A stretch of DNA of 64,000 nucleotides, taken from NCBI RefSeq assembly GCF_006345805.1, contig NC_042997.1:208878001-208942000 (forward strand). The letters are read 5' to 3'. This DNA is from Octopus sinensis. Its lineage: Eukaryota. Each line of letters starts with the position of its first letter. The first letter of the stretch is position 1. The notes under the pieces were generated by a model. That model saw only the letters and a program-made list of their open reading frames with translations, made no database searches and was not told the origin of the DNA. Of this stretch, positions 54,259 through 64,000 are shown piece by piece. The position numbers and the translations under genes were made by a program.

Positions 54259-54526
54259 TCTTTACTCTTTTATTTGTTTCAGTCATTTGACTGTGGCCAT
54301 GCTAGAGCACCGCCTTTAGTCGAGCAAATCGACCCCAGGACTTATTCTTTGTAAGCCTAGTACTTATTCTATCGGCCCCTTTTGCCAAAGCGCTAAGTTA
54401 TTGAGACATAAACACACCAGCATCGGTTGTCAAGTGATGTAGGCGGGACAAACACAAACACACAAACATACACACACTCGTACATACATACATACATACA
54501 TACATCTATATATATGTATAAACATA

Positions 54527-54564
<38 letters not shown>

Positions 54565-54570
<6 letters not shown>

Positions 54571-54868
54571 AAAATAGTAAAGTGTGAAAAAACGACAGAA
54601 GGCTTAAATGTTAAAAAATATATATATTTGTGTCAAAATGTCTGGAGAATATTGGAAAAATTTTTTTTCCCCTTTCCTTAAAATGACATAATTTAAAAAA
54701 TTTTTAAAGAAATTACCGGTTTCTTTAAAAATTTTTTAAATTATGTCATTTTAAGGAAAGGGGAAAAAAAATTTTTCCAATATTCTCCAGACATTTTGAC
54801 ACAAATATATATTTTTTAACATTTAAGCCTTCTGTCGTTTTTTCACACTTTACTATTTTCTTATATAT
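54565..54868. repeat. Near-perfect ~300-bp palindrome
   Basis: Arms 54565-54712 / 54720-54868 differ only by one AT dinucleotide by eye; loop ttaccgg. Confidence 0.9.
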
Positions 54869-54901
54869 TCACCCACGTGCTTTACCAAACAAACTTTCTT
54901 A

Positions 54902-54941
<40 letters not shown>

Positions 54942-55882
54942 ACGGACTTCTTTCAGTTTCCATCTACCAAATCCACTCACAAGGATATGGTTGGCCCGAG
55001 GCTATAGTAGAAGACACTTTCCCATGTATGTATAATTAGAAAATGGAGAAAACCACAGATTAACCAAGACATTGATTGGACCACATTTATAACTTATTTT
55101 TTAATACAAAGTATGACATAACAAAATAGGGGACGCAACATATCTCACGGCCATTACCAATCTGATTGCCAAAATGCAATCTATAGATAAATGCGAGAAT
55201 AAAATTCTTCATTTTCAAAGGGCATTCGAATTAAGGCAACGGATCTTCATCAGAGTGAAAAACAAGAGCATAAAATATTCACAAAAGGATGAAGGAAAAG
55301 GAAAGAAAATATGGTTTAGACAAATAGCCTAGAAACCCAATATGTTAAGAGGAAATAATTTACCATGAGATTGCTGGCCTTGTGCCAAAATTTGAAACCA
55401 ATATTATGAAAGCTCTTTTGAAGTAATTGATACTTTTAACTTCTGGCAGATCTAATTAGTCGTATCAATGGGCTTTTCTGAAAGAGCAGTAGATGGAACG
55501 CAGAAGAGGAAGCTGAGATGGTATGGCTATATATATTGCATGAATATGTGTGTATGTGTATATATGTATGTATATGCATCTATATCAGTGGTCCATGGAC
55601 TTCTGGTGGTCCACAAAGATAGAACTGGGGGGTCCACGAACTAAATTCATAATTTCATATATATATGTATATATATGTGTGTGTGTGTATACGTATGTAT
55701 GTATGTATGTATGTGTGTGTGTGTGTGTGTGTATGTGTGTGTGTAAAGGAAAAAATATTCTGTGGTTTAGTTAGAAGATTGTTATTTATATCATATTTTT
55801 TCTTTTATTTCCTAATTTAATTTTTTATTTGTATATTTGTAAGAAAAAATTTGTAGATATGTAAACAACCTTCTAAACCACA

Positions 55883-55913
<31 letters not shown>

Positions 55914-56253
55914 ACAAAAGGGACATTAGCCATTTGAATGTGGCTAGGGACAGGGCAGGGCGGTGGGGGTGTTACTGATGCATTTAGCCCCAGGCGATCA
56001 TCAACGTCACCAGATAGGCTGACACCATCCCGGTGTCCTCTATCCTGCAAAGGGAGATCATTCCCCGAAGAAGCGGATGCCACATACGGACCCAGGTTTC
56101 GAGGTGTTTGCCTCTCGTCAACGTATGGTAGGCACCGCCCCTCGACGAACGACTCTCTGTGCAGGATATTTATATATAGATTTTCACGTAAATACATTTA
56201 CTGATTTCGAAAATCTGTTCGAAAATGCTAAAATAATTTTATAGTGAACATTT

Positions 56254-56291
56254 CAGTACCGGTTTCGGTCATTTTGAGACCTTTTCAACTG
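56254..56291 (-). ncRNA. Minimal hammerhead motif, U3:A8 core variant
   Basis: Reverse strand cag-TTGAAAA-ggtc-tcaaaat-gacc-GAA-ACCGGT-A|ctg; helix I only 3 bp. Confidence 0.55.
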
Positions 56292-56653
56292 TAACGATTA
56301 AATAATTAAATTTAGAAAAATTAGAAGAAAAGTTTTTTTAAAGGAATATTTCTATAGTAGTGTTCAGATATAGGTGGCATTCTGCCTTTCTCTGACTCCC
56401 TTGTTTGCACTTGTGTGTTGGAGGTCGTTGTGTATATATATATATATATATATATATAATAATAAATATTAGAGAATAAATCCAAATTTACAGGGAAAAA
56501 ATCAGATTTAGGATTAAATCCAATTTTATAGTAAAATATTATATAATATTAATTCGAGACAAAACCACTATTTTGCAAAACAAACAAGGAAAGACTTAAT
56601 CAATACATAAAAATTTTAATATAAAGAAATAAACCGCCACTACAATCGAAAAT

Positions 56654-56697
56654 CCACCTGACGAATGTCATTTGAAGACATGAAACGATTGTAGTGG
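56654..56697 (+). ncRNA. Hammerhead ribozyme motif, copy 1 (canonical core)
   Basis: ccac-CTGACGA-atgtc-atttgaa-gacat-GAAAC-gatt-GTA|gtgg; predicted cleavage after 56693. Confidence 0.8.
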
Positions 56698-56781
56698 CAG
56701 TTTATTTCCTTATATTAAAATTTTTATGTATTGATTAAGTCTTTCCTTGTTTGTTTTGCAAAATAGTGGTTTTGTCTCGAA

Positions 56782-56835
<54 letters not shown>

Positions 56836-57027
56836 ATAAATATTAGAGAATAAATCCAAATTTACAGGGAAAAAATCAGATTTAGGATTAAATCCAATTT
56901 TATAGTAAAATATTATATAATATTAATTCGAGACAAAACCACTATTTTGCAAAACAAACAAGGAAAGACTTAATCAATACATAAAAATTTTAATATAAAG
57001 AAATAAACCGCCACTACAATCGAAAAT

Positions 57028-57071
57028 CCACCTGACGAATGTCATTTGAAGACATGAAACGATTGTAGTGG
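57028..57071 (+). ncRNA. Hammerhead ribozyme motif, copy 2
   Basis: Identical to 56654-56697; predicted cleavage after 57067. Confidence 0.8.
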
Positions 57072-57155
57072 CAGTTTATTTCCTTATATTAAAATTTTTA
57101 TGTATTGATTAAGTCTTTCCTTGTTTGTTTTGCAAAATAGTGGTTTTGTCTCGAA

Positions 57156-57214
<59 letters not shown>

Positions 57215-57341
57215 ACATGGTTCCGGGTTCAGTCCCACTGCGTGGCACCTTGGGCAAGTGGCTTCTACTATAGCCTCTGGCCAACCAAAGCCTTGTGAAT
57301 GGATTTGGTAGACGGAAACTGAAAAAAACCTGTCGTATATA

Positions 57342-57385
<44 letters not shown>

Positions 57386-60300
57386 TGTGTTTGTCCCCTC
57401 AACATCACTTGACAACTGATGCTGGTGTGTTTACGTCCTCATAACTTAGCGGTTCGGCAAAAGAGACCGATAGAATAAGTACTAGGCTTACAAAGAATAA
57501 GTCCTGGGGTCGATGTGCTCGACTAAAGGCAGTGCTCCAGCATGGCCACAGTCAAATAAATGAAACAAGTAAAAGAGTAAAAGAGTATATACATAAGGAT
57601 AAGAATATTGAAAGGGGTCTGTGGGAAAATTCATTTAAATAAAAGGGTTGGAACCACTGTTGGGATCCATGGTGGAAAGGTTGGGAACCTCTGATCTATA
57701 TCAATTTTGTTGCTGATGGCCCAACCATGCAAGGGTGGTTTTCATTGGACACCCTACAGGATTTTTTTTTTAAACTGTCAAAGAGCAGATAAACTCAGTG
57801 AAATGAACAGCCACCCAACAGTTGGGAGTGAGAAACCCCTAGTGAGAAACCCCTACGCATTTCTTTGAGAACCTATGCCAAACCATTTCAGCTTCATCTT
57901 CTGCGTTCTGTCTACTGCTCTTTCTGAAAAGCCCATTGCTGCTACTAATTAGGTTTCCCAGTAATTAAAGCTATTAATTACTTCAAAAGAGCTTTCCTAA
58001 TATTGGTTTCAAATTTTGGCACCAGGCCAGCAATTTCAGAGATGCAAGTAAGTGGATAACATAGACTCCAGTACCCGACCAGTAGATATTTTATCAACCC
58101 CGAAAGGATGAAAGACAAAGTCATGTTCCTGGAATTTGAACTCAGAATGTAAAGACAGTGTTTGTTTAGTAATCTCTCTTGGAGAAAGAAACTGCTGATG
58201 TAACACTTGTGACTTTGCTTGCATCAAAGGATGTAGCAGACCAGTTCTTCTTTTTAGACAAATGCCTATGTTGTTTAATGATTGAAACTGGCCCTGTACA
58301 CGAGCTTTAGAAAACTTCAAACACGGGCATAACAATGATTTTTGACTTATGAATTATGTATTATGTACTACGACCAACTGTGGCTGTGACTGACAAAACA
58401 TTCAATGAAGAATTCCATTGTATGAAGTGCAATGTTGTAGGGTCATAAAATGGAGGCACTGGATATGGAAGATGCATTGATGCTGGGAAGGAATGAAGCT
58501 AAGATGCTCTGATGGATGAGTAATGTTTGTGTGTATGAGTGACAAAGCACAAATGACTAAGAGACAAAGAAAGTATACTCTTTTACTTGTTTCAGTCATT
58601 TGACTGCGGCCATGCTGGAGCACCACCTTTAGTCGAGCAAATCGACCCCGGGACTTAATCTTTGTAAGTCCAGTACTTATTCTATCAGTTTCTTTTGCCG
58701 AACCGCTAAGTGACAGGGACGTAAACACACTAGCATCGGTTGTCAAGCAATGCTAGAGGGACAAACACAGACAGACAAACATATACACACACACTTATAT
58801 ATATATATACATATATACGACGGGCTTCTTTCAGTTTCCGTCTACCAAATCCACTCACAAGGCATTGGTCGGCCTGGGGCTATAGCAGAAGACACTTGCC
58901 CAAGATGTCATGCAGTGGGACTGAACCCGGAACCATGTGGTTGGTAAGCAAGCTACTTACCACACAGCCACTCCTGCGCCTACGTATGTGCACGATGTGC
59001 ATGCACACACGCACAGATATATTAAATATGTGTGTGTATGTATGTGTGTGTATGTATGTATGTACATAAAAAGCACCAACAGATCGTGGTTGTCGCCAGC
59101 CCCCTCTGGCCCTGTGCCAGTGGCATGTAAAAAGCATCATTCAAGTGTAGTCGATGCCAGTACCGCCTGACTGGCCCTCATGCCAGTGGCATGTAAAAAG
59201 CATCCACTACACTCTCGGAGTGGTTGGCATTAGGAAGGGCATCCAGCCGTAGAAACTTTGCCAGATCAGATTGGAGCCTGGGGCAGTCTTCTGGCTTGCC
59301 AGTTCTCAGTCAAACCATCCAAACTGTGCCAGCATAGAAAGCAGACATTAAACAACGATGATGATATATATATATTAATTTTCAACAAGAATATTTTTGG
59401 AGTAAAGATTATTTGCCAACATAACATGGCAGTCCCGGTTTAGGATGAATGTTGCTGTAATTTAGCCCCAGGAGACATCGTCTCCAGCTGGCTATATGAC
59501 ACAATATGTTTCCTTATATTTTCGAACAAGGGAATCTAGAACCCCCCACTCAGCTCAAAACAATATCTGTGTATCGTGATTTCTGGGTTATTTCCCTTCA
59601 TCAGCACAGAATAATTGTTCAGTTAGAGGTGGCGCTGCCAAATTCCCATTCAAATTATATAGTTTTCAAAGTGACAACTAGTCACTGATCTATAAATTAG
59701 AATATTTTTGACAGGGACTTCGAAGTTTCCGTCTGTTAAGCCATCATTGGACTGCTATCAATTGAAGATAATCTTGGCTTCATATAGTCTCTGTTGAGTG
59801 AAAATCTTCCTTGCAAGTGCGGGTTGGAGTGGAGTAGTAATTAGGTTTTTAGAGTTTTTTGTAATGGAGAAATTTATATTTGTTAAATTTGGAGTTATAT
59901 TATTTAGAATTTATTTATGCATGTAGGACATTGTAAGCAGGTGTGGAGTATTTAGGTGTGTCCCCTTTGGTAGGTAGGGAGGTGTAGAATGTGTCAGTAG
60001 ATTTACTTAATTTGGGTTTTATTTGACTTCATCTCCTACCTAAAATTCCTACTTTATTTTCTTTCTCTGACATTAAGCCACACAAAGTCCACTCACACAC
60101 ACACACACACACACACACACATAAACAGCCAAAGCCACACACGCTTACACACATGGGAAAAGTCCACAACCCCCCATCTCAAAAAAGCATTATTGTCCTT
60201 GAAAAATGGCGGCAAGCTGGCAGAAACATTAGCATGCTGGGCAAAATGTTTAGCAGTATTTCATCTGTCTTTACGTTCAGAGTTCAAATTCCACTGAGGT

Positions 60301-60900
60301 CAACTTCGCATTTCATCCTTTTGGGTCGATAGATTAAGTACCAGTTGTGTACTGGGGTCAGTGTAATCGACTGGCTCCCTCCCCCAAAATTTCAGGCCTT
60401 GTGCCTAGAGTAGAATCAAATATTGTCCTTCAAAGTTGTTTTTTTTATATTTATTCTTTTATTCTTTTACTTGTTTCAGTCATTTAACTGTGGCCATGCT
60501 GGAGCACGGCCTTTAGTTGAGTAAATCAACCCCAGGACTTATTCTATCGGTCTCTTTTGCTGAACCACTAAGTTACAGGGATGTAAACACACCAGCATCG
60601 TTTGTCAAGCGATGTTGGGGGACAGATACAGACACAGAAACATACACACACACACACGCACACACATGTGTATATGACGGGCTTCTTTCAGTTTCCGTCT
60701 ACCAAATGCACTCACAAGGCTTTGGTCAGCCCGATGCTATAGTAGAAGACATTTGCCCAAGGTGCCACACAGTGGGACTGAACCCAGGGTCATGTGGTTG
60801 GTAAGCAAGCTACTTACTCACAGCCACTCCTGCACCTTTACTACAGATTACTTGAAGCTAACTTTCTCCCTACACCTCAATTTCTGAATCTTATATTTAT

Positions 60901-60974
<74 letters not shown>

Positions 60975-60989
60975 ATAGATAGATTGATA

Positions 60990-61095
<106 letters not shown>

Positions 61096-61440
61096 TGATA
61101 GATATTGAAAGAGAGAAACAAGTTTTCTTCCTCGAATGGTTTATCTCTCTAAATAAATAAAAAAAATATTGTTCTACGTTATCAAGAAACTGTGTGTGTA
61201 TGTGTGTGTGCAATTACAGTGTGTCTGTGCCATTATCTCCATCCTGTGTCACTGGTGAGCAGTTGTGTGGTTTGACATCTGGTCTGTCTCAATGATGAGA
61301 TTAACCAGGAACATCTCAAACGTCTTCTTCTTCTTCGGATGTTCTTCTTCTCTTCTGTTGCTTTTACTGTCAAACCACTTGCTTGCTTCTGCAGATTTGC
61401 ATTAAAAGTTTTTGTTACGGGATTCATAATGGTCATGCGG

Positions 61441-61870
61441 TGGGTGGTGGGTGGTGGTGGTAGTGGTGGTGGTGGTAGAAGTGGTGGTGGTGATGTGGTG
61501 GTGGTGGTGGTGGTGGTGGTGGTGGTGGTAGAAGTGGTGGTGGTGATGTTGGTGGTGGTGGTGGTGGTGGTGGTGGTGGTGGTGGTGGTGGTAGAAGTGG
61601 TGGTGGTGATGTTGGTGGTGGTGGTGGTGGTGGTGGTGGTGGTGGTGGTGGTGGTGGGTAGAAGTGGTGGTGGTGATGTTGGTGGTGGTGGTGGTGGTGG
61701 TGGTGGTGGTGGTAGAAGTGGTGGTGGTGATGTTGGTGGTGGTGGTGGTGGTGGTGGTGGTGGTGGTGGTGGTGGTGGTAGAAGTGGTGGTGGTGATGTT
61801 GGTGGTGGTGGTGGTGGTGGTGGTGGTAGAAGTGGTGGTGGTGATGTTGGTGGTGGTGGTGGTGGTGGCA
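61441..61870. repeat. (GGT)n tract with higher-order unit ggtagaagtggtggtggtgatgtt(ggt)n
   Basis: Directly visible; source of the poly-G/poly-V ORFs. Confidence 0.9.
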
Positions 61871-62519
61871 GCGCGGGGGGGGGGGGCTGATGCTGCCGCT
61901 GCTAGTGCTGATGATCAGACCCAGATCAAATCGATTCAGCTAAAACATATGTTCAGAGACACTCCAGCCATGACTAAACTGTCTTTCATTCAAGCATAGC
62001 CCATCTAGGACTACAACATCGAATGTGCCCTTCCCTTGTTGTCATTTTTAGGTTTACATTGTTCTAAGTCAAGCAGACCTTGCAGTATTTTATTCAGGCA
62101 TAGTGTATCTTGGGATACATTATCTCATGTGTTCTTTCTTCTTTGTTGTTGCCTATCTCCAGGCCAACTGTGAACCATCAGACCCTTGATCAAAGTCCCT
62201 CTAGTCATGCCCATCCAGGCTTATATTCGTACACAACATACCTTAAAAAAAAGAAGGATACAGTTTGAGGGAGATTTGGCTGCTCTTTCTTGCAAGGTTG
62301 AGTGACTGTGTACAGCCTCCCGCATTATTTGTTTATGTATGTGGGTATTGAGTGATTTATCTGTCTAGTCAGGTAATATCGAAGTCTCTGTCGAAGGAAC
62401 CCTGATCACTGTAAGTAGGATTTGAACTCAGAACATAAAGAGTTGGAATAAATACTGCAAAAACATGTTTTTATGCCCTGATCGTTACACATCTGCAAAA
62501 CCTGAATGTAGGAGTGAAA

Positions 62520-63976
62520 GAGTGGGCAAGAATAGGAAAACAACAGGATTTGGATGGGGAAATATGAAAGCCTGACATACAAATACTTAGGAATCAATGA
62601 ACTACATCCAATACAACATACATGAATGAAAGAGAAGATAAAAAAGAAATGCTATAGACAAGTTAGATTAATACTGAAAACAGTGCTAAATGTGAAAAAC
62701 AAGATAATAGGTATCAACACTCTAGCCGTACCAATTATAAGTTACAGCTACAATATTCTTCACTGGACACTAAATGAACTAACCAAAATAGATAGGAAAA
62801 CAAGAAAAATAATGACAGGATTTAGGATGCACCACCCAAAATCTGACATAGAAAGGTTATATATACAATGTATCAAAGGTAGTAAAGGCCTTATACAGCT
62901 AAAATACCTGCTTCAGAAGCAAGGAAAACTAATACAAATAGCTACAAAATACAAACAAAACAAAAAACTGTTTTCGGTCTTTAAGGAAGGTGATAGATGC
63001 AAACAAGAAATCATACTACCTAACAAATATGAAGAATAAATGACAAAAGCTATAAAACAAATGAAATCCAAACTAAAACTAGAACAGCGACAGACCTTGG
63101 TAAAACGATGGCAAGAAAAGCCCCTTCATGGCAAATATTGGGTTAAACTAAGCGCAAAAGAAATAAACAAAGCAAAATCCCAACAATGGCTGAGAAGTTC
63201 AGGACTCAAAGCAGAAACAGAGGGATTTTTAATTGCAGCACAAGACCAAAGCCTCCTCACCAGAAATTACCAAAAACATCCAATGAAAGAAAAGATAACA
63301 AGTAACTGCAAAATATGTGGAGATGGACAAGAAACAATAAATCATATTATCTCTAGCTGCCCAGTCCTGACTAAGAAGGAATATATTCACAGACATGACA
63401 GAGTTGGAACCTACATACACTGGAAGCTATGCCAACATTATGGAATAACAACAGAAAAAAGATGGTATAGGCACACACCAGAAAAGGTCACAGAAAACGA
63501 GAAAGCAACCATACTCTGGGATATGCCGATACACACAGATAGAGAAATTAAGGCCAACAGACCAGATATAGTTGTCAGAGATCATGAAGAAAAAAAATGC
63601 TTTCTAATTGATGTATCAATACCGGCAGATGACAACGTGTCTCTAAAAGAAATGGAGAAACTCTCAAAATACAAAGACCTGGAAATAGAGGTAACCGGAA
63701 TGTGGAATCTAAAAACAGAAACAATTCCTATCATAGCAGGTGTGTTAGGTATGATAAAAAAAATATTCAAACAAATACATAACAAAAACACCAGGACTTA
63801 CAAACACCTATAACATACAGAAAATTGCACTACTAGGCACTGCACACATTCTACATAAAACACGTTCAATACAGTAAAAATAAGAGCATCACAAAAAAAC
63901 CACAGCACATACCCAAGGCAGACAGAGCTGCACTCGGAAGTGAAGAGAAAGCACGGGATAAAAATAAAACTACTGA
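62520..63976 (+). mobile_element. R4/Dong-like retrotransposon, 5'-truncated (RT C-terminus, CCHC, RLE, 3' UTR)
   Basis: YKYLG...NKIIGINTLAVP...HHPKSDIERLY; ETEGFLIAAQDQ...CKIC...ETINHIISSC...HDRV...ANRPDIV..D...IDVSIP; in-frame stop at 63037-63039; followed by (TAA)n to window end. Confidence 0.92.
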
Positions 63977-64000
63977 ATAATAATAATAATAATAATAATA

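Larger units (their letters stand above)
56457..57180 (+). repeat. Tandem duplication (374-nt period) of a fold-back unit
   Basis: Two essentially identical units separated by (TA)n; each has ~108-bp inverted arms (56541-56648 / 56686-56793) around a 37-nt loop. Confidence 0.9.

Noticed and set aside
55205-55260. Minus-strand CTGATGAAGATCC motif
   Set aside because: No matching helix II 3' strand and GAAT instead of GAAA; cannot be folded convincingly.
55928-56180. GC-rich segment considered as an HDV-like ribozyme at a retroelement 5' end
   Set aside because: catcc/ggatg could form P2, but I could not assign P1 or P3 consistently; needs a covariance-model search.

Overview
AT-rich, intron- and repeat-dominated animal genomic DNA, most likely an octopod cephalopod (inferred from extreme microsatellite density and the SINE/LINE repertoire). 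Two partial-to-complete spliced genes can be reconstructed: the last two coding exons of a DD3-3-like gene (+, 3764-5114) and a 5-exon, 250-aa type I membrane protein with a Cys-containing CUB-like ectodomain and a PPPY tail (-, 39184-26307). Most ORF-track entries are microsatellite artefacts. The rest is tRNA-derived SINEs, RTE and CR1/L2 LINE fragments, R4/Dong-type RLE retrotransposons sitting in (TAA)n arrays, and minisatellites. The main unexplained structure is a set of head-to-head fold-back insertions, most of which carry minimal type I hammerhead ribozyme motifs from at least 7 unrelated sequence families. One is attached to a Penelope GIY-YIG remnant, one to a tRNA-headed SINE, and one is tandemly duplicated. 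Across families the catalytic-core 3:8 pair appears as C:G, G:C and U:A, which looks like natural compensatory covariation. All ribozyme calls are by-eye folds and untested.
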